Assembly (NCBI GenBank): GCA_035403225.1
Contig: DAONET010000002.1
Coordinates: forward strand, 62,443-126,442
Direction of reading: 5' to 3'
DNA length: 64,000 bases
From: Bacteroidales bacterium
GTDB lineage: Bacteria > Bacteroidota > Bacteroidia > Bacteroidales > FEN-979
In this document: positions 1 to 10,315 of the stretch, one piece after another
How the letters are laid out: every line of letters starts with the position of its first letter
Position numbering within the stretch: position 1 is the stretch's first letter
Translations under genes and position numbers: made by a program
The notes under the pieces: model-generated
Database searches by the model: none
What the model saw: the letters and a program-made list of their open reading frames with translations, nothing else
Told to the model about the DNA's origin: nothing

Positions 1-305
1 ACCAATACCTGCTGCTGCTTTCCATGACCGGCGTCGGTATTGCCTGGGCCAGTATCCTCTCCATGCCCTATGCCATCCTGGCCGGGTCATTGCCCCCGGG
101 AAAAACCGGTGTGTACATGGGCATCTTTAACTTCTTCATCACCCTCCCCGAAATCATCGCTTCCCTGGTCTTCGGATGGGTCATGAACCACTGGCTCGGG
201 AACAACCGGCTTGCCGCCGTGATCATGGGGGGCTTTTTCCTCATCATCGCCGCCCTCTTCATGCAACGGATCAAACAGACCCCGGCTAAGGTCAATCAAC
301 CATAA
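1..305 (+). CDS. MFS sugar transporter, C-terminal fragment (5' end lies off-window)
   Basis: The frame is open from the window edge to the stop at 303-305. The TM-rich tail GIFNFFITLPEIIASLVFGWVM parallels GIFNLSVVLPQLVSSLFIGSVI of the complete MFS paralog at 3837-5102. It lies directly upstream of malQ. Confidence 0.75.
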   Translation, partial: QYLLLLSMTGVGIAWASILSMPYAILAGSLPPGKTGVYMGIFNFFITLPEIIASLVFGWVMNHWLGNNRLAAVIMGGFFLIIAALFMQRIKQTPAKVNQP

Positions 306-335
306 TATTCAATCGAACCAACAACACCCCCAAAA

Positions 336-1844
336 ATGAAATACCAACGAGGCAGCGGAATCTTACTCCATCCTTCCTCCCTGCCGGGATCATACGGGAT
401 CGGAACACTGGGAAAAGAAGCGATGGAATTCATCGACTTCCTTTCACACTCCAGGCAACAATACTGGCAGATCCTGCCACTAGGGCCCACCGGCTTTGCC
501 GACTCCCCTTATCAATGCTTCTCTTCCTTCGCCGGAAATCCCCTGCTGATCAACCTTGATCTGCTGATACAGGACAACCTCCTGAAAAGCGCCGACCTCG
601 ATCCGCTGCGGTCATTCGGCGACGGTCCCGTTGACTTTGGAAAACTGACCCTGCTGAAATACCCGGTGCTGAAAAAGGCCGCTGTCAACTTCCTGGCTTT
701 GGATCCGGGAAATACCAAACAGCCCTATCGCGATTTTATCGATCAACATCAAGACTGGCTTAACGACTATGCTTTGTTCATGGCACTCAAAGCACATTTC
801 GACCTGAAACCATGGTACGTATGGGATAAACCCCTCAAAGAACGGGACCCGGAAGAACTTGAAAAATACCGGATCATGCTGAAAGAAGAGATTCTCTTTC
901 ACCAGGTGATCCAATACCTGTTCTTCAGCCAATGGAAATGCGTGAAAGCATATGCCAACCAACAGGGCATCACCATTATCGGAGATATCCCGCTGTATGT
1001 GGCCATGGACAGCGCCGATGCCTGGATGAATCCTGATCTCTTCGAGTTTGATGACGAACGCAATCCCATTGCCGTAGGTGGTGTCCCTCCCGATTATTTC
1101 AGCGAAACAGGACAGCTATGGGGAAATCCGCTTTTCCGGTGGGAAACGCATAAAAACACGGGTTACTCCTGGTGGATCAACCGCATTAAAGGAAACCTGT
1201 TATTATACGATGTGATCCGGATCGATCATTTCCGGGGATTCGCGGCATTCTGGTCCATCCCTTATGGCGAACCTACCGCCATCCACGGGCAATGGATCCC
1301 CGGACCGGGGAAGGACCTTTTCAGGGCCATCTTCGACCAACTGGGCGATATCCCCATTATCGCCGAAGATCTGGGGGTGATCACCGATGACGTCATTGAC
1401 CTGAGAGATTCGTTTGACCTTCCGGGGATGAAGATCCTCCAGTTCGCTTTTGACTCGGGGGAAGAAAACGACTACCTCCCGCATAACTATCCGAAAAATT
1501 GTATCGTGTATACCGGAACCCACGACAATGATACCGTGACCGGCTGGTTCGGGAAGGCCCGGGACGAAGACCGTCGTTTCGTCATGGCGTACCTTCACAG
1601 CGACGGTCAGCACATCAGCGAAGATTTTATCCGGGCTGCTTTCTCTTCCGTCGCCAATACCGCCATTATCCCCATGCAGGATCTTCTGGGACTGAATACG
1701 GAAGCCAGGATGAACCTGCCCGGGACCACCGTAAACAACTGGCGATGGAGACTGAAACCGGGGCAGATCAGCGAAGGACTCTCTTCCAGGCTGGCGGAGA
1801 TGACGAAACTATACGGGAGAGACCACCGGAGGGAAAATAATTAA
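336..1844 (+). CDS. malQ: 4-alpha-glucanotransferase (amylomaltase, GH77)
   Basis: 502 aa. The N-terminus RGSGILLHPSSLPGSYGIGTLG and the motifs IRIDHFRGF, IIAEDLG and TGTHDNDT are typical of MalQ. Confidence 0.95.
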   Translation: MKYQRGSGILLHPSSLPGSYGIGTLGKEAMEFIDFLSHSRQQYWQILPLGPTGFADSPYQCFSSFAGNPLLINLDLLIQDNLLKSADLDPLRSFGDGPVDFGKLTLLKYPVLKKAAVNFLALDPGNTKQPYRDFIDQHQDWLNDYALFMALKAHFDLKPWYVWDKPLKERDPEELEKYRIMLKEEILFHQVIQYLFFSQWKCVKAYANQQGITIIGDIPLYVAMDSADAWMNPDLFEFDDERNPIAVGGVPPDYFSETGQLWGNPLFRWETHKNTGYSWWINRIKGNLLLYDVIRIDHFRGFAAFWSIPYGEPTAIHGQWIPGPGKDLFRAIFDQLGDIPIIAEDLGVITDDVIDLRDSFDLPGMKILQFAFDSGEENDYLPHNYPKNCIVYTGTHDNDTVTGWFGKARDEDRRFVMAYLHSDGQHISEDFIRAAFSSVANTAIIPMQDLLGLNTEARMNLPGTTVNNWRWRLKPGQISEGLSSRLAEMTKLYGRDHRRENN

Positions 1845-1869
1845 CATTATTAATTAATAATATTAACTT

Positions 1870-3735
1870 TTGAGGAGGAAGAAATTAAGTTTGAGGTTAT
1901 GGGTCGGATTGATTCTGTTGTCGGTGACGGCGACAGGGCAACCACAGACAACCGTGAAGGTGGAACCGCCTTCGTGGTGGACCGGCTTCCGGAATCCATC
2001 ACTTCAACTGATGGTTTATGGAAAAGGCATCTCCGGCACCATCCCTGTGATCAATTATCCCGGTATCACCCTGGAGAAAGTGGAAAAAACATCCAATCCC
2101 GATTACCTCTTCCTCGATCTTTTTCTGTCATCCTCCGTCACCCCCGGAGATGTCAGCATCGGATTTCTTGCTGACGGCGACACCGTGGCCCGCTTTCTTT
2201 TTCCGCTGAAAGAACGCAAGCCCGGATCAGCGAATCGCAAAGGATTCTCCCCGGCCGATGTCATCTACCTGCTCATGCCCGACCGGTTTGCCAACGGAGA
2301 TCCCTCCAACGATGCAGTGACGGGCATGAGCGAAAAGCCCGACCGTCGCGACCCCGGCGGAAGGCACGGGGGCGATATTAAAGGGATCGCGGACCACATC
2401 GGATATCTGCAAAACCTGGGAATAACTGCTGTCTGGAGCACGCCTCTTCTGGAGAACAACATGAAAAAATATTCGTATCACGGCTATGCCATTACTGATT
2501 ATTACCACATCGACTCCCGGCTTGGATCCAACGACGATTATTTCGCCCTGGCAGATCAGCTTCATGCTTCCGGTCTCCGGTTGATCATGGACATGGTGTT
2601 CAATCACTGCGGTTCCAATCACCCCTGGGTATCCGATCCTCCGGACACCAACTGGTTCAACGAGTTCCCTGCTTTCACCCGCACGAACTACCGGTCGGCG
2701 GTAGCTACCGATCCTTACGCTTCCGGCTACGATTTTACCTTATTCCGGAAAGGCTGGTTCGATGAACACCTGCCCGACCTGAATCAACGGAACCCTTTCC
2801 TGGCAAAATATTTTATTCAGCATGCCATCTGGTGGATCGAGGCGGCAGGCCTGGACGGGATCCGGCTCGACACCTATCCATATTGTGATAAGGATTTCAT
2901 GGCGGAATGGGATCAGGCCGTTCTTACCGAATACCCCTCGTTCAATATCGTCGGCGAATGTTGGGTCACTACCCCCGGCAGCATCTCTTATTGGCAAAAA
3001 GATTCTCCGAATACCGACGGCTTCAACTCGCACCTCCCGGCAGTTATTGACTTTGCCATGTACGACGCGTTAAGACTGGGATTCATGGAAAATGAAGGGT
3101 GGAGTACCGGTACCCTGCGGTTGTACGATATTCTTTCGCAGGATTTTGTTTATCCGGATCCTGACAACCTCCTGGTATTTATCGATAACCACGATGTGGA
3201 CCGTTACCTCGCTACCCAGGGAGGGAATGTCCGTCACCTGAAGATGGCGCTCGCTTTCCTGCTGACCACGCGGGGCATCCCACAGATCTATTACGGGACC
3301 GAAGCTCTCATGACTACCGGCGAGGATAAAAGCGACGGAAATAAACGGGCCGATTTCCCGGGCGGATGGCCTTCCGACAGTGTAAATGCCTTCACCGGGA
3401 AAGGGCTTACGGCCGATCAGCTGGAATTGTCGGAATACATGCACCGGCTGCTGAACTGGCGAAAAAACCAGGAGGTGATCCACCGCGGGAAGCTGACTCA
3501 TTTCCTGCCCGTCGAAGGCATTTACGTTTACTTCCGTTCTTTGGAAACGAAAACCGTGATGGTGGTCCTCAATAACAACCCCGCTGAAAAAACCATCGAC
3601 CCAACGAGGTATGATGAATTTCTCCGGGATGTTACCTCCGCTGTTGACGTGATGACCGGCAAAAGATTTAACAATCCCGGGCACATCACGGTACCTGCTG
3701 AATCAGCCCTGATACTGGAACTCGAAAAACAATAG
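1870..3735 (+). CDS. GH13 cyclomaltodextrinase/neopullulanase-like alpha-amylase (SusA-like, secreted)
   Basis: 621 aa with a signal peptide. It has a cyclomaltodextrinase-type N-domain (VKVEPPSWWTGF) and GH13 regions DRFANGD, GLRLIMDMVFNHCG, GIRLDT and FIDNHD. The start codon is TTG. Confidence 0.9.
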   Translation: MRRKKLSLRLWVGLILLSVTATGQPQTTVKVEPPSWWTGFRNPSLQLMVYGKGISGTIPVINYPGITLEKVEKTSNPDYLFLDLFLSSSVTPGDVSIGFLADGDTVARFLFPLKERKPGSANRKGFSPADVIYLLMPDRFANGDPSNDAVTGMSEKPDRRDPGGRHGGDIKGIADHIGYLQNLGITAVWSTPLLENNMKKYSYHGYAITDYYHIDSRLGSNDDYFALADQLHASGLRLIMDMVFNHCGSNHPWVSDPPDTNWFNEFPAFTRTNYRSAVATDPYASGYDFTLFRKGWFDEHLPDLNQRNPFLAKYFIQHAIWWIEAAGLDGIRLDTYPYCDKDFMAEWDQAVLTEYPSFNIVGECWVTTPGSISYWQKDSPNTDGFNSHLPAVIDFAMYDALRLGFMENEGWSTGTLRLYDILSQDFVYPDPDNLLVFIDNHDVDRYLATQGGNVRHLKMALAFLLTTRGIPQIYYGTEALMTTGEDKSDGNKRADFPGGWPSDSVNAFTGKGLTADQLELSEYMHRLLNWRKNQEVIHRGKLTHFLPVEGIYVYFRSLETKTVMVVLNNNPAEKTIDPTRYDEFLRDVTSAVDVMTGKRFNNPGHITVPAESALILELEKQ

Positions 3736-3836
3736 GAAGATGATGTTTGTCACGTTATGGCGTCCCTTCTCCTTTTATATATATCTTTATATATTGATGC
3801 ATAACTATTCATACGTGAATTTTTAAAAGAAACACC

Positions 3837-5102
3837 ATGCTTCCGATCCAGAAGAAATTAACCAACCTGTTTTACGTGATCCTTGGCTTGCCTTCGACAG
3901 GCATGGGATTCGCGTTATCGGTCCAGATCGCGGTGCTGAGCTGGATCCTGCGGACGAAGTACAATCTTGAGATCGATCAGATCGGCATTGTATGGGCGGC
4001 GGGCCCGATAGCCGGCATCCTGGGTCAACCCATCATCGGACTCATCAGCGACAAAGTGTGGTTCTGGGGTGGCAGGCGGAAGCCTTTTATCATTATCGGG
4101 GGAATTCTCGCCGCCATCATGATATTCTCTCTTCCGAATATTGACCGGATCAACGACTTTTTCGGGATCGGGAGTCTGATGGCCGTCGCCATCACGGTTG
4201 CCCTCACGTTAGATCTATCCATCAACATCAGTTTCAACCCTACGCGGTCGATCATTGCCGACGTCACTCCCGAAGGAAATGCCCGGACAAAAGGCTATAC
4301 CTGGATGCAATCGGTCTCCAACCTCTTCGGGAGTCTGGCTTACCTCACCGGCGCCCTGATCAGCAATTATTTCCTCATCTATGTAGGGGTAGCCATCGTG
4401 TTGTTATTCTCTATCGGACCGATGTTCTTCATCACGGAACCCAGGGAGCTGAAACCGGAAGGATCGAAGACCGGTGAAGGGACCTCCGTCAAAAAAACTC
4501 AATGGGGGCAGTTGTTCCGTCTCTATTTTGCCCATGCCTTTTCCTGGCTGGGGATCCAAACCATGTTCATTTATCTTATCGCCTTCCTCGAGCAAAAAAT
4601 GCACCCGGAAAACGACATACAAACAGGACAAATGATCGGGTGGTCGTTTTTTATTCTGAATGCAGCCGGGGCCATCTGGCCTGCTTTTTTGCTGGAGCCT
4701 CTTAGCGAAAAAACCGGGCGTGTTCGCGTTCACGTCCTGGCAGTGGCTTCCATGGCTCTGGGATATTTCGGCATCGTACTCTTTGCCCGGAATGCCCTCA
4801 CCCTGTACCTGATGATGCTGGTTCTTACCTTTGGATGGGCATCTGTGGTCAGCCTGCCTTTTGCCATCATGTCTGAAAAAGTCGATAAACGCAAAATGGG
4901 TTTCTTCATGGGAATCTTCAACCTCTCGGTCGTATTGCCTCAACTGGTCTCCAGCCTGTTCATCGGCAGCGTGATCCGTCATGCCAGCGATATGAACATT
5001 GTGTTTATTATCAGCGGATTTTCCCTTGCTATTTCGTCAATACTATGGATATTTGTAAGCGATGACACACGCAAAACTAAAATAAACCAACCTGCCTTAT
5101 GA
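3837..5102 (+). CDS. MFS (GPH/SLC45-like) oligosaccharide transporter
   Basis: 421 aa with about 12 predicted TM helices. It is a paralog of the fragment at 1-305 and is embedded between GH13 genes. Confidence 0.8.
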   Translation: MLPIQKKLTNLFYVILGLPSTGMGFALSVQIAVLSWILRTKYNLEIDQIGIVWAAGPIAGILGQPIIGLISDKVWFWGGRRKPFIIIGGILAAIMIFSLPNIDRINDFFGIGSLMAVAITVALTLDLSINISFNPTRSIIADVTPEGNARTKGYTWMQSVSNLFGSLAYLTGALISNYFLIYVGVAIVLLFSIGPMFFITEPRELKPEGSKTGEGTSVKKTQWGQLFRLYFAHAFSWLGIQTMFIYLIAFLEQKMHPENDIQTGQMIGWSFFILNAAGAIWPAFLLEPLSEKTGRVRVHVLAVASMALGYFGIVLFARNALTLYLMMLVLTFGWASVVSLPFAIMSEKVDKRKMGFFMGIFNLSVVLPQLVSSLFIGSVIRHASDMNIVFIISGFSLAISSILWIFVSDDTRKTKINQPAL

Positions 5103-7468
5103 ACAGATTTATCTTCTGCAGTATTACCTGCATTGCAGCGTTTTTCTTTGCTGCCTGTTCCGACCGGAACGATGTTCCCGTGCCGGATGAACCACAGATT
5201 ACAGGAATCGCCGAGCCGATCACCCTGCAACCTGATTCTACCACTATCATCCTCCAGGATTACTTTCGTGATCCGAAGGCCATCGATTCCGTGATCACTG
5301 ATCCTTCGCTGGGATTTGTCTTCTCGGCAGATTCTGCTACGATGACTCTTTTTCCGCAGAATAAATCGATCCCGCGACTGTCGGTCATGAAAATCTGGGC
5401 CGACAAATTCTGCTATTCGATTCTGATCAAAAAATGCCCGAAAATCTGGCAGCATTTTTCTTTTGATCCGAAAGACAAAACTTACAAGAGCGTACAACTC
5501 GCCGGTGATATGAATGACTGGGTCCCGGCCCGCAACCCGATGAAGTTGAAAGACAACATCTGGCAGACAGATGTGCTGGTCAATCCCGGGAGATATCAGT
5601 ATAAACTGGTGGTTGACGGAAAATGGATGACTGATCCCGCGAACAGCGAAGTATCGGGATCCAATTCGATCGTTCACGTTGGTTCTGTCAATCCTCCTTC
5701 AGCTCCCGTCCTTTTCACGCTGTCCACCGAGAAAAAAGTCATCACCCTCGGCATGCAGAACAAGGCGGATGAACTGTTCGTTTTATGGGAAAACTACCTG
5801 CTGGATGATCATTTCTTCAAGATCGACAGCAATCAGATCAGCATCACCATTCCCGGTGCAGCCGGAAAATTCGACCGTTCTTCGATCCGTGTTTACGCTG
5901 TGAATCGTTCCGGCGTTTCGAACGAGATCCTGATCCCTTTGGAAGACGGGAAAGTGGCGATGGATGCCACGAAACTGGACCGCACGGATCCTCATGCCAT
6001 GGTGATCTATTTCATGATGGTAGACCGTTTCATGAATGGAAACAAAGAAAACGATCGTCCGGTGGTCGACAAAGAAGTGGATCCGAAAGTCAACTTCCAG
6101 GGCGGCGACCTGACCGGTATCACCAAGAAAACCGAGGATGGTTATTTCACCGATCTCGGAGTGAACACCCTGTGGATCTCTCCCATCAACCAGAACCCGA
6201 TGGATGCCTGGAAAGAATATCCCGCTCCTAACCGCAAATTTTCAGCCTATCATGGATACTGGCCGGTGACATTGACTACCGTCGATCCTCGTTTCGGGAC
6301 TTCCGACGATGCAAAAAACCTGGTGAAAGAAGCCCACGACAAGAACATGAATGTGTTGCTCGATTATGCTTCCAACCACGTTCACCAGGAATCAGCTATC
6401 TATAAACAGCATCCCGACTGGGCAACACCCGGCGTGCTCCCGAACGGGAAAAAGAACATCCGCCTGTGGAACGACCAGCGTTTGACCACCTGGTTCGATG
6501 AATTCCTCCCCACCCTCGATCTCTCCAAACCCGAGGTCGCCAATATGATGTCGGATTCGGCCCTTTTCTGGATCAAAGAATACGGCTTTGACGGATTCCG
6601 TCACGACGCCGCCAAACATGTGGATGAAGGGTACTGGCGGATGCTGACCAAAAAGATCAAAGAACAGGTCGTGACTCCCGAAAAGAGACAGATATACCAG
6701 ATCGGCGAAAGCTTCGGAAGCCGGGAACTGATCAACAGCTACATCGGCCCCGGTATGATGGACGCCCAGTTCGATTTCAATGTCTATTTCGATGCCTCCT
6801 CTGCCTTCTCCACGAACAACACTTCGCTGAAAGACCTGAATGCCTCCTTGTATGAGACCTTCTTCTACTTCGGAAACCATCATGAGATGGGCAATATCAC
6901 GGGCAACCAGGATCTGGCCCGGTTTATCTCTTACGCTTCCGGCGCTCTCAGCCCATCGGAAGATGCCGTGGAAGCCGGCTGGAAACGCGAGATCAAAATC
7001 GAAGATACAACGGCGTATAACAAACTGGATATGCTGATGGCGTTCAACATGACCATCCCCGGTGTCCCCGTGATCTATTACGGCGACGAGTTCGGGATGC
7101 CCGGCGCCGGTGATCCCGATAACCGCCGCATGATGAAATTCGATAACCTGACCCCCTCTGAAGCCAGAACCAAAGCGATCACTGCAAAACTGGCCAACCT
7201 GCGCAGAAACAGCATGCCGCTGATTTATGGCGACTTCGCTACCATCCAGGCCGGTGAAAATACCTGGGTATATGTCCGCTCTTATTTTGACAAAGCCGTG
7301 ATCGTCGTCTTCAACAAAGACCGTTCTGAGAAGAAGATCGAATTCAACATCCCCGACCGCTTTGCCGGTACTACTTTCACCGGTAACTTCGGTCATCAGT
7401 TCAAAATGGATAACGGAAAAGTTACCATCACAATGAACCCGAATTCATTTGAAATTCTGACCAATTAA
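5099..7468 (+). CDS. GH13 alpha-amylase lipoprotein with CBM48/E-set glycogen-binding domain
   Basis: 789 aa with lipobox FFFAAC. It has a CBM48-like segment (QLAGDMNDWVPARNPM...YQYKLVVDGKWMTDPAN) and GH13 motifs DRFMNGN, VLLDYASNHV, GFRHDAAKH and GNQD. Its ATG overlaps the upstream stop as ATGA. Confidence 0.9.
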   Translation: MNRFIFCSITCIAAFFFAACSDRNDVPVPDEPQITGIAEPITLQPDSTTIILQDYFRDPKAIDSVITDPSLGFVFSADSATMTLFPQNKSIPRLSVMKIWADKFCYSILIKKCPKIWQHFSFDPKDKTYKSVQLAGDMNDWVPARNPMKLKDNIWQTDVLVNPGRYQYKLVVDGKWMTDPANSEVSGSNSIVHVGSVNPPSAPVLFTLSTEKKVITLGMQNKADELFVLWENYLLDDHFFKIDSNQISITIPGAAGKFDRSSIRVYAVNRSGVSNEILIPLEDGKVAMDATKLDRTDPHAMVIYFMMVDRFMNGNKENDRPVVDKEVDPKVNFQGGDLTGITKKTEDGYFTDLGVNTLWISPINQNPMDAWKEYPAPNRKFSAYHGYWPVTLTTVDPRFGTSDDAKNLVKEAHDKNMNVLLDYASNHVHQESAIYKQHPDWATPGVLPNGKKNIRLWNDQRLTTWFDEFLPTLDLSKPEVANMMSDSALFWIKEYGFDGFRHDAAKHVDEGYWRMLTKKIKEQVVTPEKRQIYQIGESFGSRELINSYIGPGMMDAQFDFNVYFDASSAFSTNNTSLKDLNASLYETFFYFGNHHEMGNITGNQDLARFISYASGALSPSEDAVEAGWKREIKIEDTTAYNKLDMLMAFNMTIPGVPVIYYGDEFGMPGAGDPDNRRMMKFDNLTPSEARTKAITAKLANLRRNSMPLIYGDFATIQAGENTWVYVRSYFDKAVIVVFNKDRSEKKIEFNIPDRFAGTTFTGNFGHQFKMDNGKVTITMNPNSFEILTN

Positions 7469-7492
7469 AAGTTGTAATGTAAGACATTTGAC

Positions 7493-8884
7493 ATGAAAAA
7501 GAATGATTTGTTCCACCGGAATAAGAGATTGCTGCTTATTCCGGTGGTGTTCTTCGCCAGTGTTTTACTCGTTTCGTACCAAATGGATCAAAGAACTATT
7601 TCACGACCCTCTGTCGTAACACACCCGGATTGGAGCCGAAATGCCGTCATCTATGAAGTGAATATCCGCCAGTACACTCCCGAAGGAACATTCAAGGCGT
7701 TTGAACAACATATCCCCCGCCTGAAAGAAATGGGGGTGGATATCCTGTGGCTGATGCCCATCAACCCGATCGGGGAGAAAAACCGGAAAGGGAGCCTGGG
7801 CAGTTATTATTCAGTGAAAGATTACCTGGCTGTCAACCCCGAATTCGGGACGTTGAACGACTTCAAATCACTGGTCAATACTGCTCATCAGCATGGAATG
7901 AAGGTGATCATCGACTGGGTGGCCAATCACACCTCCTGGGACAACAAACTGATCACCGAACATCCCGACTTCTATACAAAGGATGCGGCAGGATCGATCA
8001 TCGCCCCCGTGCCCGACTGGACCGATGTGGCCGACCTGAACTACGATAACCCTGAATTGCGGAAATACATGACTGATGCCATGCTTTTCTGGGTCAGGGA
8101 CGCCGACATCGATGGTTTCCGCTGCGACGTAGCCGGTATGGTCCCGGTCAGCTTTTGGAACAAAGCCGTGCCGGAACTCCGGAAGGTGAAACCGGTGTTC
8201 ATGCTGGCCGAATGGGAAACTCCCGAATTGCACGATACCGCTTTCGATATGACCTACTCCTGGGAGTTCTTCAAACTGATGAAGGAGATTTCCAAAGGAT
8301 CTAAAACGATCGATCAGATCGACTCCGTTCTGGCCCGGGAAGATACCGTGTACAACTCCGATGCCTACCGCATGCTGTTCACCACCAACCATGACGAGAA
8401 TTCATGGAACGGAACGGAATACGAATTGTTCGGGGATGCCGCGCAGACCTTTGCGGCGCTGAATTATCTGCTCCCGGGAATGCCGTTGATTTACAGCGGA
8501 CAGGAAACCGGGATGAAGAAACGCCTGCGCTTCTTCGATAAGGACACCATCGGCTGGGACGGTTATAGCCTGGTTCCTTTCTATACCACGTTGAACCGGC
8601 TGAAACACGGTAACAAAGCGTTATTCAACGGAGCAGCCGGCGGGCCGCTCGTGAGAGTTCATACAGATCACGAAAAGCAGGTTTACGCTTTTACCCGGGA
8701 GAAGGACGATAATAAAATCTTTGCTGTCTTTAATATATCCGCTTCTCCTGTGTCGGTGAAATTCTACGACGGCCATCTGTCAGGACCCTGGAAGGACGCC
8801 TTTACCGGATCGGATATCCCCTCCTCCTGGATGAAAGAGATGACGCTCAATCCCTGGGAATACAAGATCCTGGTAAGGAAATAA
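7493..8884 (+). CDS. GH13 alpha-amylase (periplasmic)
   Basis: 463 aa with an N-terminal signal/anchor. GH13 motifs are VIIDWVANHTS, GFRCDVAG, MLAEWE and TTNHDEN. Confidence 0.9.
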   Translation: MKKNDLFHRNKRLLLIPVVFFASVLLVSYQMDQRTISRPSVVTHPDWSRNAVIYEVNIRQYTPEGTFKAFEQHIPRLKEMGVDILWLMPINPIGEKNRKGSLGSYYSVKDYLAVNPEFGTLNDFKSLVNTAHQHGMKVIIDWVANHTSWDNKLITEHPDFYTKDAAGSIIAPVPDWTDVADLNYDNPELRKYMTDAMLFWVRDADIDGFRCDVAGMVPVSFWNKAVPELRKVKPVFMLAEWETPELHDTAFDMTYSWEFFKLMKEISKGSKTIDQIDSVLAREDTVYNSDAYRMLFTTNHDENSWNGTEYELFGDAAQTFAALNYLLPGMPLIYSGQETGMKKRLRFFDKDTIGWDGYSLVPFYTTLNRLKHGNKALFNGAAGGPLVRVHTDHEKQVYAFTREKDDNKIFAVFNISASPVSVKFYDGHLSGPWKDAFTGSDIPSSWMKEMTLNPWEYKILVRK

Positions 8885-8905
8885 AACCTTGCAGGGAACA
8901 AAGAA

Positions 8906-8942
8906 AGAGGGTGTCTGAAATATCCAGACACCCTCTTTTTTC
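8906..8942. terminator. Bidirectional rho-independent terminator between convergent amylase and susE-like genes
   Basis: A perfect 12-bp stem (AGAGGGTGTCTG at 8906-8917 pairing with CAGACACCCTCT at 8925-8936) encloses a 7-nt loop and is followed by a T-run. Confidence 0.8.
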
Positions 8943-8975
8943 TTCCCGATCGGGTCATCAACCTGTCCGGGAAGT

Positions 8976-10226
8976 TTAGAAGTTTTTGACAATCGTGATC
9001 TTCTTTGTGTCGCTGTTGGCAGCGTCGATGACCAGGGTCATGGTGTAAGAACCCTTGGTTGTCGTTCCCAGGTTTCCGCTTATGTCAATGATTTCCGCAG
9101 CGCTTGCCGCCACATCCAGGGCGGAATACCCGGCATCGAAGTTAGCGCCGCCCGATGGAGGAGCCACCCCGTTAACCGTTCTGATCTTGAATCCTTCGTT
9201 GGCTTCCAGGATGATGTTGGTCCAGGTCCAGGTATACGTGTCTCCGCTAACCGTTGGCACACCGGCATTATCCGCCAGTATCTGGTTGCCCCAAGCCCAG
9301 GAACTCGTGTCAGCCGAAGCCGTTGGGTTATCGATACTGACACCTGTACCAACCGCGTCACAGACAACGCCTGTCCAGTTGGTCAATGGCAGGTCACCAG
9401 TCTTGGTAGCGGTAGCTGAATAACCCGAACCAAGGGTATAGGAGATCGAAATGGTATAAATACCGGGATTGGCATTCACGATGTTCGCTCCCCCGGCAAC
9501 CAGGTTATCAACTGCTTCTCCAAAGTTGGTATTCACTTTCACCCCGATCTTTCCGCCTCCGACGTCAAGGACGGTATCCAGTTCCACTTTCCATCCGTCG
9601 GAATAGCGGAATTTCCAGTCACCACCCCGGAGTTCCATGTCAGAAATGGTCCAGGACATGGTGAATAGGTCAAAGGCCGATTCTGTCAGAGGGGTGGAAC
9701 TTCCCCAACCGTCAGGAGTGGCTGCCCCGATGATTCCCCAATGTACGGGAATAATGGCTACTTTATTAAGCTCATAATCGATCACGACATGATACATCCC
9801 ATCCGTGGGTACCGTGAACTTGGTGTCTGTCACCCCCAGATCACCACGCTGGAAATCCACTTTGGGTTCGTCGGTCGTGCCTTCCGTGATCACTCCGAAA
9901 TTGGTTCCGGGACCGTACACGGTCTGAACTGAACCGGCAACTTTTACAATATTAAATCCCTCGGCTCCGGCTTTGATCGGAATGTAGAGTTCCAGCAAGC
10001 TTGCTCTGTCGGTCTGGGTAACCTCATTGCGGGCTATCTTCATCATCGCTTTCGAGTTAAAATCAGCATAGGCAGTCACGGCGCCTTTTACATAATAGCC
10101 GTCGAGTACAATAACAGGAGGTTCACCATCATCGTCGTCATCTTTGCAGGAAGTAAAGCTTAATGCAATGCTGATCAGCGCAAATGCTGAGAATAACATT
10201 GCTAAGGTCTGAGTTACTTTTTTCAT
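8976..10226 (-). CDS. SusE/SusF-like outer-membrane starch-binding lipoprotein
   Basis: 416 aa with lipobox SFTSCKDDDDD. It is rich in beta-sandwich repeats and sits immediately downstream of the susC/susD pair. Confidence 0.75.
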   Translation of the reverse strand: MKKVTQTLAMLFSAFALISIALSFTSCKDDDDDGEPPVIVLDGYYVKGAVTAYADFNSKAMMKIARNEVTQTDRASLLELYIPIKAGAEGFNIVKVAGSVQTVYGPGTNFGVITEGTTDEPKVDFQRGDLGVTDTKFTVPTDGMYHVVIDYELNKVAIIPVHWGIIGAATPDGWGSSTPLTESAFDLFTMSWTISDMELRGGDWKFRYSDGWKVELDTVLDVGGGKIGVKVNTNFGEAVDNLVAGGANIVNANPGIYTISISYTLGSGYSATATKTGDLPLTNWTGVVCDAVGTGVSIDNPTASADTSSWAWGNQILADNAGVPTVSGDTYTWTWTNIILEANEGFKIRTVNGVAPPSGGANFDAGYSALDVAASAAEIIDISGNLGTTTKGSYTMTLVIDAANSDTKKITIVKNF

Positions 10227-10315
10227 AGACTTTCGATTTAGGTTAATAATTATATCTGTAAATATAATGATAAATTCTGAATTTTAATAGGTACATGCCT
10301 GAATACTTATCGTGG